Below, piece by piece: positions 51,651 through 61,907 of a DNA stretch of 64,000 nucleotides (the first letter of the stretch is position 1; every line of letters starts with the position of its first letter). The DNA is from Azolla caroliniana (taxonomy: Eukaryota; Plantae; Polypodiophyta). The stretch covers positions 12,400,001-12,464,000 of the forward strand of contig JBHGNT010000001.1 in NCBI GenBank assembly GCA_043228905.1, given 5' to 3'. The notes under the pieces were generated by a model. It was not told where the DNA came from. It saw only the letters and a program-made list of their open reading frames with translations, and did no database searches. Position numbers and translations under genes: made by a program.

Positions 51651-54600
51651 TCATGTGTTCATGACACTATCCCTCCTTCGAGAACGCCGAGTGGAAGTCG
51701 GCGTTAACATTGTTGGGCCGGGCTTGTTTGGATAGTGACGATGGAAGTCGTTGACCAGAGCTTCAGCATTACAAACATTATCGATGGGTTCCCAAGTGCG
51801 ATCACTCGGAGGATAACCAAGCCAATCAACTAGATAATAAAGCTTATTGCGCACAATCTTAGAATCGAGAATAGCAGCTACCTCGTATTTGGGGCCGTCC
51901 ACAAGTTGTACAGAAGGCGGTGGTGGCACGACACGATTAGGAATTAAAGAGGTGTGGCAAGGTTCCAAAAGAGAGCTATGAAAGACAGGGTGAAGCCGCA
52001 TATGTGCAGGAAGGTTAAGACGAAATGTTGCATCATTAATCTGCGCCGTGATGACGAAAGGACCTAAGCGTTGATAATCAAGCTTAGCACACGGTCGGGT
52101 AGTCTTGATGTGACGACGAAGCAACCATACACGGTCACCAACCTTAAACGGAGACTTAAGATTATGTCGATCGGCATTGGTCTTATGGTGTGCTTGCGCT
52201 TTCTGAAGATGTGACGATAACTCAAACTGGATTTGTTGTAGTTGGTGGAGGTGATGCTCCGCACTAGGGTTTCGTGACACCTCGGGAAGATCCAGTATAC
52301 ACCATCGAGGGTGGTTGCCGGTGTAGGCAAAGAAAGGTGTAACTTTGGTAGAAGAGTGGACCGTGTTGTTGTATGCAAACTCAGCAAGATGTAAAATTTT
52401 ACTCCAATCATCTTGTTGATAACTAATGAAACATTGAAGATATTGCTCGAGCGTTTGATTTGTGCGCTCTGTTTGTCCGTCAGTTTGTGGATGATAAGCC
52501 GAAGAGAGTTTGCAAGAGATTTTGAGGCCTGCCCATAGGTGCTTCCAAAAGTGTGATAAATTGAGGACCTTGATCGCTAATAATATCATTCGGGAGACCA
52601 TGATGGCGAAACACTTCACGCATAATGAGATCTGCAGTTTCTTCACTATTGATGGTCTTTACACATGGTACAAAATGTGCTATCTTGGTGAACTGGTCCA
52701 CTACTGTTAAAATAGTATCAAAGCCTTTGGAAGGTGGCAGATCCGTAATGAAATCCATAGAAATAGACTGCCATGGCTTGTTGGGAGGGGGTAATGGTTG
52801 TAGTAAGCCATAAGGGTGATGCCAGGGTATTTTGGCGCGACAACAGGTGTCACAAGTGCGAACATAATCTTCGACAAATTTTTGCAAGTGAGGCCACCAA
52901 AACGAACGTTTCACCAGCTCAATGGTCTTGGAAATACCAAAATGTCCAACCATGGGGGCATCATGACAATGTTCCAACACTTGAAGTCGGGGTGATCCGT
53001 CGGGGACGTAAAGGAGATTCTTGTAGAAGAGTAAACCATCTTGCCACTTGAAGTCCTTATAATGTTGAGATGACCCTGGCAATGTGGAGCAAGATGGACG
53101 ACTTGAACCACAGTGGGCTAAGACATCCTTAGCAAAATCATCCGAATGAAGTTGTTGCCGAATAGTGTCAAGAAGGGTAGAATCAAGTGGTGTGGCATAA
53201 ATTGTTGTTACCTGTAGCTTGGATGGCCCGAGGAGAGTTTGCTTTTGATTGTCAAAGGCCGGATCTCCAGGTCGAAGTGCTAGATACGAACGCCGAGACA
53301 GAGCATCTGCTTTCCCTTGTTGTTTTCCGGGGCGAAAAATGATCTTGAAATCGAAACGCGTTAGAAATTGGGCCCACCGAGCTTGTCGTCTATTTAATAC
53401 TCGAGCTGTTTGAAAATATGTGAGATTTTTGTGATCACTATAAATGATAATCTGATGAGGTGATCCTTCTAGAAAATGACGCCATTGCTCGAATGAGTCG
53501 ACCACAGCTAGTAACTCCTTGTCATGCACCTCATAGTTTATCTCCGAAACAGTAAACTTTCTCGAGTGAAACACGACTGGATGTATCTGCCCGTCCTCGC
53601 CTGGTTGCGATAGGATACTCCCCAATGCAAAGTCTGATGCATCCGCCTCAATAGTAAATGGCTTTTCAGGATCAATATGTGCTAGGATGGGTGCTGATGT
53701 GAATGCCTCTTTTAGCTGCGTAAAAGCCTTGTCCGCTTCGATACTCCAAAAAAATGCTTGATTTTTCTTGGTGAGTTGAGTAAGGGGCAACACAATGCTT
53801 GAATAATTATGTATGAATTTGCGATAGAAGTTCGCAAATCCGAGGAAACACTGGACATCCCGAACTGAGCATGGGGGTTTCCATTCCAATATTGTTTGGA
53901 CTTTTGCCGGGTCCATGAAAACACCCTGGGATGAAATAGTGTATCCCAAAAATTCGACTTGTTTGCAATCAAAACTGCATTTCTCAAGTTTGGCATAAAG
54001 ACCATACTTCCTTAGGCGTTCAAGTACTTGCCGCACATGTATATCATGCTCCCCCTGTGTTTTAGAGTAAATCAATAGATCATCTAGGTAGATGATTAGA
54101 AAAATATCCAAGAAATCCCGGAAGATGTCATTTGCCATATGTTGGAATACGGCAGGTGCATTTGTGAGCACGAAAGGCATGACTGTATACTCGAAATGAC
54201 CATACCGAGTACGAAATGCTGTTTTCCACTCATCTCTCGGCCGAATTCGAACAAGATTATATGCACCCCTTAGATCAATTTTGGTAAAATGCTTTGCCCC
54301 ACCAATGCGTTCTAAGAGATTGGAGATTAAAGGTAAAGCATACCTATTCCTTATGGTGACTTTATTTAAGCCTCGATAGTCCACGACCAAACGAAGGGAG
54401 CCGTCCTTTTTCTTCACAAATAAGATAGGAGCACCAACTGGAGACTTTGAATGTCGAATAAACCCATGTGCAAGATTTTCCTCAATGTATTCTTGAAGAA
54501 CCTCAAGCTCAGTGGGTGATAAATTGTAAATTGGACTCCACGGAGGCTCTTTTCCTGGTTGGAGATCAATAGGACAGTCGTACGGGCGATGCTTTGGAAG

Positions 54601-55015
54601 AACACTAGCTTTGACTTTGTCGAAAACATCAGCATAGTCTTGATATTTTTTGGGAATTTGGATGTCTGAATTCCCTTGAGTGACACTAGAAGGTGTCACT
54701 GATACCGCAAATAAGAAAAGGTCCTCCTTGCCTCCCACTTGGTGCAATTGTTGCAATGTGATGGCTGAAATTTGATGAGAAGGATATGGTGCATCGGTAG
54801 AACTATATACTTTGGGAGGATAATCCCGAGTTCGATCCTTGACAATGATATTTTCTGCTAAAGGGCACCTAATTTCTCGCTTCCTCCAATCGATTCTAGG
54901 GTTATGTAGCTCGAACCATGGCAAACCGAGGACAATTGGATGCTCAGGACTACAGATTATGTTAAAGGAAACTACACATCCTAAATCACCCAAGAGTATG
55001 TGTATTGCCTCACTC
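51651..55015 (-). pseudogene. Chromovirus pol (PR C-terminal half, RT, RNase H, IN, chromodomain), one frameshift near 52560
   Basis: ILGLPWFELHNP-type PR end (VLGLPWFELHNP), RT YLDD, EADASDFA, HHCC zinc finger, SMDFITDLP, HPQTDGQTER, LGPF and chromodomain YLVDWLGYPPSDRTWEP. Confidence 0.9.
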
Positions 55016-55060
55016 TCTCTCTCTCTCTCTCTTATCCTCCTTTGTAACCATCCTGAAACC

Positions 55061-56224
55061 ATGGCTGCCATTAACTCAGAAGAATATCTCACCCTTGTTG
55101 CAGAAATGGAGAACCTTAAATCCAAGTTCGCATCTCTTGAAGTAGAGAATCAACGTCTACTTGGGGATCTACAAAAGGTTACTATAGAGAAGCAACAACA
55201 ACAAGAGGAGTTCACGCGACGAGTGCAACAGTTAGAGTCGACAATCGTCGTGTTACAACAACAAAGGGTTGAAGGTCAGGGACTTATCAAGGAGCCCAAA
55301 ATTAGCCTCCCAGCTAAATTTGATGGGTCGAGGGCGCATTTCCGAGGTTTTTTGAATCAAGTACGGTTGGTGATTCAAATGCATCCCGCACGTTATCCAA
55401 CAGATGCATCACGAGTCGGGCTAGTGGGCACTTTATTAACTGGCATAGCGTTGTCGTGGTTTGCTCCATTGCTAGAGACCAATTCTCCTCTACTAAATAA
55501 TTTCGAAGAATTTATCAAGGAATTTAAGGCTTGTTTCGGAGATACTGATGGGGCGAGAATAGCTATCAACAAGATTCGTACACTTCGTCAAGGTGATCAA
55601 CCAGCTTCAACATATGCTGCCAATTTCCGTCTCATCGCAAGCGATATTCCTTGGGATGAACAAGCCCTAATGGAGCAATTCCGTTCAGGCCTTTGTAGTG
55701 ATGTCAAAGACTTACTTCTTACTTTCCCCGAGGATCCAAGGTCACTTACAGAAGCTATTAGTCGAGCAATACGGTGTGATAATCGCCTTTTTGAGCATCG
55801 ATGTGAGCGACAACAACAAATAACAAGATCTAGATTCACACCAACTTATGCATCAGTAACGGCGCAATCATCCCCAAGGCAAATGTATAGCCCTGCTCCA
55901 ACTCCAAGGCAAACACGTAGTCTAGTCCCAATGGATAGTCCTACACCCATGGAGATCGATATGACTCAACGACGAGGACTGTTGTCAGACAAAGAGAAGC
56001 AACGTCGTCGAGCAAACCATCTGTGCTTAAATTCTGGAGGTCCAGGACATATAGCCATTCATTGCTCCCGTAGGCCGAGACGTCAGGTAAATCAAATTCA
56101 CTATGACAATAAAAATGAGTCCAACATTTTAGAAGTAGTTAGTGAATCTAATATTATGAATAATCCACCCTTGTCCAATAAATTTGAAGTCCTAAGCCAA
56201 TTAGAAGAGGAGTCAAACGAATAA
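55061..56224 (+). CDS. Retrotransposon Gag (PEG10/sushi/Tcn1-type) lying inverted relative to its own pol
   Basis: MAAINSEE...EPKISLPAKFDGSR...LRQGDQPASTYAANF...PTPMEID, degenerate knuckle LCLNSGGPGHIAIHC. Followed in the -1 frame by the protease N-half (ALLDTGANSCFMD). Confidence 0.9.
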   Translation: MAAINSEEYLTLVAEMENLKSKFASLEVENQRLLGDLQKVTIEKQQQQEEFTRRVQQLESTIVVLQQQRVEGQGLIKEPKISLPAKFDGSRAHFRGFLNQVRLVIQMHPARYPTDASRVGLVGTLLTGIALSWFAPLLETNSPLLNNFEEFIKEFKACFGDTDGARIAINKIRTLRQGDQPASTYAANFRLIASDIPWDEQALMEQFRSGLCSDVKDLLLTFPEDPRSLTEAISRAIRCDNRLFEHRCERQQQITRSRFTPTYASVTAQSSPRQMYSPAPTPRQTRSLVPMDSPTPMEIDMTQRRGLLSDKEKQRRRANHLCLNSGGPGHIAIHCSRRPRRQVNQIHYDNKNESNILEVVSESNIMNNPPLSNKFEVLSQLEEESNE

Positions 56225-58339
56225 GTCCGGCCAAAATAGGAGCCATTTGGTTGGACAACCCTAGATATGTACAACCTAGTGTGGGTTCCATTTCTTCCAA
56301 GCATGTTAGTAGAGTCTTCTCAGCCCCAGTACAAGTTAGGACACCCAGTTGTCAACTTCAAGTCCAAGCCCTCTTAGATACTGGAGCCAATTCTTGTTTC
56401 ATGGATAGAGATTTTGCCCAAAAACACCAAATATCCTTGCATACACTTCATCCATTCGTCTCTATCCTTCTTCCATCACTCTATCTTTTATCCTTGGTTC
56501 TGACAGTTTGATTCGAATTGATTTGAGAATACATGTATGCGCTTATTTATAGGTTCCTATAGAATAGCTTAGAGATTTCTAGAATGTTCTAGAATGTTCT
56601 AGACCTAGAATGCTCTAGGACATTCTAGAACATTCTAGAATAATCTAGAGTTTTTACAATAATCAATGTAATACAAGAAGTAGCTTTTATTGTTTCATAT
56701 AACAATAAGCTATCTTAATGGTTGAGGTTTTCAAGTATGAATTACAAGGTTCGAGGTTCAAGTCCGGGTGACGCCATAATGGTCATGTGTTCATGACAGG
56801 CAAGCCCGAAACGCTCGCTTGCCACAAGTCGCACAAACACACAAGCAAGATTTACACTAACACGCAAGACACGTAAGTTTGAATGCCTTTGTGAAAGGAG
56901 AGGTGCATGGGCAAGCCCGAAATGCTCCCTTGCCACAAGACACACAAAAAAATAAGCACAAACGACGATAACATATAAGACACGTAAGTTTGAATGCCTT
57001 TGTGAAAGGAGAGGTGCATGGGCAAGCCTGAAACGCTCCCTTGCCACAAGACACACAAAAAAATAAGCACAAACGACGATAACATATAAGACACGTAAGT
57101 TTGAATGCCTTTGTGAAAGGAGAGGTGCATGGGCAAGCCCGAAACGCTCCCTTGTCACAAGACACACAAACAAATAAGCACAAATGACGATAGCAAATAG
57201 GCACAATCAAGATTTACACATAAGATAAGTAGATGAAAGAAAACATTAGTTTATAACAATATAATAGATTCTTTTATATTATAAGAATCATGTTACAATG
57301 GGTTGGATGCGAATATGAAGGATTATTTATTAAGGAATGGGGGAAGAGAGGTGGAGGAAAGAAGAGTGTGGAGTATAGAAGGAGTTTCTTTGTTGATGAT
57401 GCCTCTCGATGTTGTTGATCCTTCTTCTTCCGCTCTTCAATTGAGTAGAGCTTCCGCTTTCCTTCTAGTTCCCCCCCTTCTTCACTAGAATAGGCTCTTA
57501 TTTCTAGGTTTAGGATTGCTTGCCTTTTGTCCATAAAAAAAAGCTTGTCTATATGAGTCAACTTTTCTTTTCCTCACTATTTTTGTTTTCTAGCCTCAAA
57601 TTTCACATGCAAGATATTCTTGGAAAGCTCTTTAGGTTAGCTTTCTTATGAATATTTTCTTTTCTAATTTGGACATTTGATCGAGGAAATTATGAGCTTT
57701 TTACTCGACCTTGCTCCCCATATCCACTACTAGCTTTTCTTTTCCCATCTTTTTCTCTATTTTTGTCTACTTTCGAAAACCTCTTCTAAATTTTTATCCT
57801 TTCATTTATTACTATAGTTGACTTAAGAAAATTAGTTTATTTGGACCACTATTTTATTTTCTTTTGAGGGTGGTTTCACACTATGTGTCGAAAACATCAC
57901 GACATCGGTTCTCGAGACGTGGCCTTGTGCCTTAGATTTAGAATCTTTCCTGCCATAATAAGTTGTGTGCATGATCTTTAAATACTCCAGTTAGTGGGTC
58001 TTTAAATGCTTCTCTCTTTTTTCTTTTTTTCACACATAGTATACAATTTCGGGTAGTAGGTAGAGTAATTACCAGAATTGGGGTAATGGACCTCCGAAAT
58101 CCTCCATTTCACCTACCGCGGGATGGTTGTGGCCGTGCTGTTGACAAGCGAAGATATTGGGTGGGGTCTTGCCGAGATACGGTTTTAATTGAAAGCCATT
58201 CACCCAACTCCGGAAGATGTCGCTGGCTAAAGTGCCGAACTGGAATTGTTAAATTCATCAATAATCCAGAAGGGTCCTGTCCACCGGAAACGAGCTTCCC
58301 CGACATCGAGCCGAACCGAGTTTGAAACACAAGGACCGG

Positions 58340-59521
58340 TGTCGCGAAAATATGACAAGGATACGTGAACTTGAGGTAGGACCCCAGGGCCTCCGACTAG
58401 AGGATATCAGATTCGTATGTTTATGTACTAAGAATTAACCGAAAAATAAGAAAGATTGACAAATTTCATTAACAAAGGAAAAGAAAGATTACAATCAATC
58501 CCAAGATTGGGATTACAAAAGTTTTAGCTGATGGAGATTACTAGAATAATAGATTAGCAAAAACTAACATACGGATTCAATAGGAAAATTATATGGCTTC
58601 CGTAAGGAAAATTAGGGTTTATGAGAGATATGGCTTCCGTAGGGAAAATTAGGGTTTTTGAGTGTTATGGCTTTGATAAGATAAGAGAGCTCAGAAGGAA
58701 AAGAAAAATAAGATAAAAAATAAGATAAGAGAGCCCCCCCATTGATCATATGCCTCCCACTTTTAGTTGCATGGCCTCTACTTTTAGTTGCATAGCTTTT
58801 TCTTTTAGTTGCATAGCTTTTTCTTTTAGTTGTATGCGACCGTCCACACGACCTTTACTTTAGTTTTCTTCACTTCACTTTAATTAGCCACATGATCCTA
58901 TCATCTGTCCGTCACGATCGTCGCCGGTTGTCGGAGCCGCCCAATTTTCGACACAATCCGATTGTCGATTTCGCCGGTTTCGATTTGCTTACCGACCGGT
59001 TCCGATTTGCTTACCCACCGGTTCCAGATTGCTTACCGACCAGTTCCGAATTGCTTACCGGCCGGTTCCGAATTGTTTCCGACTGGTTCCGAATTGCTTC
59101 CGGCCGGTTCCGATTTTCTTACCGACCAGTTTGTTTACCGACCGATTCCCAATTGCTTACCGACTGATTCCCGGTTTTGCTTACCGATCGGTTCCCGATT
59201 TTTGGGAACTTGGCCACCATCACCCATCAAGACAAAGTGGCCAAAATGTTCTTAGCACAAATGAAAATGAGAGATCTCAATGTGCTTATATAGCTAGGGC
59301 CTTAAGTTTCCTATCTATGTGGGATACTTCAAAATTGTATTTTCCCTATCTTCTCAAGCTTTATCTCTACCTAACTTGATATGTAGTTGTCTATTTTGTA
59401 TGTAGTAAAATGCGTTTTGAAGCTCTTGAGTACATCCATATTTCTATAACAAGCTACTAATCTAATCTAAAATAATTGTTTCATTATTTTTTTTACATAG
59501 TGTGTGAAGATTCACACGACA
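58340..59521. mobile_element. Solo LTR (~1.18 kb) inserted in the Gypsy integrase
   Basis: TGTCG...CGACA termini with 4 bp TSD CCGG. Removing it restores the in-frame integrase sequence EIRKP|VLVFQTR. Contains ~21 bp tandem repeats (58970-59200) and TTTTAGTTGCAT repeats (58760-58835). Confidence 0.88.
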
Positions 59522-61907
59522 CCGGTTTTCTGATTTCGAATGATTTCTCTAATCCCTTCTGATGACGATTGACAAATGCTTTCCTTTGCTGTTGCCCGTG
59601 TTCTAAATGGGCTAGGCTGGCGATCTGTTGTTCCGCGAGTTCGAGTAATTGTTCGAGTCATTTCTGTTCAGACTCCTACTCGAGCAATCGTTTGGTAATT
59701 TGGACTCGTAAACTCGGCACTTGGAACTTGATCGACATGACAACTTCCAACCCGAAAGCCAGACGAAATGGAGTGGATCTGATACTTGTCTTGAACGTCG
59801 TTCGGTTCACCTAGAGTGTATTATGGAGCTTGTCGTCCCAATCGGTTTGATTTTCGTTCATGATCTTCTTGAGGATGGCTTGTAGTGTCTTATTCGTTGA
59901 CTCGGCTAGGCCGTTTGCCTGTGGATAGTACGATGTGCTTTTCTTATGCACTACCGCGTAGTGTGTGGTGAGTTCTTGAATAATTCGATTGAGAAAATGA
60001 CCTCCTTGGTTGTTGATGAGCTTGATTGGACAGCCAAATCGATACCATAGATATTCAGAAACGAATTTGGCAATAGACATGACTGTGTTATCGCAAAGTG
60101 CCTTCGCTTCTACCCATTTAGTGCAATAATCGGTTGCCACGATGATATATCTATTCTCGGTTCGAGTCGTGGCCGGTTTGAATGGGCCGACAAAATCCAA
60201 CCCCCACTTTTGAAATTCTACTCAGAAAGTCTGCCACCGCATGCTGCACAACAGGCCGATGGTGTATGTCGAATTCGAATTCCTGGAGAAGTAACATCCA
60301 TCGTGCCAATTGGCCCGTTAGGGCCTGCTTGTTGACTAGATATAGTAACGCCAAGTGATCGACATGGAACGTAAATTTTCGGCCAAGGAGATAATGCCGA
60401 AATTTTGTGATATTGTATATCATGCCGAGTGCCTCACGTTCCGTTGTGGAATAATTCTTTTCGTCTGTCGAGAGTTGTCGGCTAGGTATATTGGTTGATA
60501 CCAGTTTGGAGGTGTCCTTTGCATGAGGCCACTCCCGATGGCCACGTTGACGAAAACGTGGAAGGGTTGTGACCCATCGGGAGATTGCCGCACTGGTGTG
60601 TATGATATCATCACCATAAGGGATCGGTAAGCGTCTTCTTTCATTGCTAACCATCGAAACAGAACCCTTTATACCACTGCGTGCAAGGGTGTCGCGAATT
60701 CGTCCAGGTAACAAAAAATTCGACGGTGCCACCTAATTTGGCCCAGAAACCGGTTGAGGGCTTTTGATGTGGTCGGAGCTAGGGCATTTAAGATGGCTTG
60801 TCCTTTGTCGGGGTCCATAGCAATCCCTTCGCGGCTGACAATGTGGCCGAGCAGAGTGTCGCTCAACATGTAAAATGCACATTTGGCAGGGTTTAAGCTC
60901 AACCGAGCTTGGTGGCACCGATCAAGACAGAGGCGTAAGTAATCGAGATGCTCAATTTGATGGCCACACATGGCAAAATCGTCGAGCAAGACTTGCATAA
61001 AGGTTGGAATGTAATTTCAAAAATTTTGACGATGATTCTTTGGAAGGTGGCTGACGTCGTCTTTAATCCGAACATCATGACGAACTACCACAAAAACACC
61101 CCATTCGGTTAAAAATGCTGTCTTTTCTTGGTCGTCGGGGTGCATGCGGATCTGATTATACCCCCTAAACCCATCTAAAAAACTATAGCATTCATGGCCT
61201 GCCTCCGCATCGAGCACCCCATCCGTAAATGGAAGAGGGAATGCATACGTGACAATTGCTACGTTCATCTTGCGGTAGTCGAGACAAACCCCTATTTGTT
61301 CATTTTTCTTCGAAACGATGACGATAGGGCCTAACCAGGTTGACCCTTTGATTGGCCGAATGAACCCCACACGGAGGAGTTTGTCGATTTCTTCTTTTAC
61401 TTTGGTGGCGTAATTGGGGTTCATTCTGTTGCGGCGTTGCTGTGTAGGTTGTGCGTCATGCTAAAGATGAATATGGTGTTGATAGTATTGAGGATCTAAC
61501 CCCTTCATGTTGTAAAACCAGGCGAACACATCCTACTATTCCGTGAGCAGCCCAACCAATGTTGCACGTTCATTAGAAGCCAATTCCTTTGAGATTTTTA
61601 GGGTGCATGGATCAGTGGGGGAGCCGAGGTTGATCTCTTCGAGTGTGGACGCCTTCACATGTTGAGAAATAGCCAGTTCACACTTAAGCACATCGCAAGC
61701 ATGCCATAATTCCTCGATGGACTTTGGATCAAGTTGGTGGTGGATATGTTTCTCTTCGATGGTCGGCTTGAAGATGTAAGGTCCGACAACCGTGATGACA
61801 ATGATTTCAAACAGGGGCACGATCGTCGGGTGTTCCTATAACTTCCTCATCGCGAGGCCGTTGAGCATGGGGACACCTTCTGCATATAATGAAGTGGTGT
61901 CTTGTGG

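Larger units (their letters stand above)
51258..56798 (-). mobile_element. Young Tf1/sushi/Tcn1-like Gypsy chromovirus with internally rearranged 5' region
   Basis: 3' LTR 51258-51666 (TGTCA...TGACA). The 5' LTR part 56508-56798 is nearly identical. 5 bp TSD GGCAA (51253-51257, 56799-56803). PPT GAAGGAGGGATAG. pol on minus, gag on plus. Confidence 0.95.
50390..57220. repeat. Tandem array of 11 units (~103-140 bp): conserved ~60 bp hairpin core plus variable AC-rich spacer; unit 8 is split by a retrotransposon
   Basis: Core TTT(C)GAAYGCCTTTGTGAAAGGAGAGGTGCATGGGCAAGCCCGAACGCTCCCTTGCCACAAG at ~50435, 50575, 50687, 50790, 50894, 51002, 51110, 51221(+56799), 56878, 56990, 57101. Confidence 0.93.
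47794..61907 (-). mobile_element. Large non-chromovirus Ty3/Gypsy element (pol, long 3' region with tandem array and extra ORF, putative 3' LTR ~47794-48228), cut on its upstream side by a Copia at 61908
   Basis: RT NPNYATKVKEEIDKLL...YSFLDGFRGYNQI, RNase H NYSTTEREALGMI, IN DFVGPFKP...DYCTKWVEAKAL...YYPQANGLAE and a GPF-like C-terminus at ~58280. Assigning the array, extra ORF and LTR to the same element is inferred from colinearity. Confidence 0.65.

Noticed and set aside
54839-55125. ORF-track starts of the 461-aa (+) and 881-aa (-) ORFs
   Set aside because: Both run across the inversion junction at ~55013. The N-termini (including RERERE) are artefacts; the real gag starts at 55061.
56895-56935. 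Hammerhead ribozyme (stem GGGC-AA-GCCC followed by GAAA(C/T))
   Set aside because: The required CUGANGA core is absent (GGUGCAU instead) and most units have GAAC rather than GAAAC. Only a structured repeat is claimed.
50390-57220. CRISPR array interpretation of the repeat-spacer pattern
   Set aside because: Eukaryotic retroelement context with no cas genes, a ~60 bp core, and spacers homologous to each other rather than unique.
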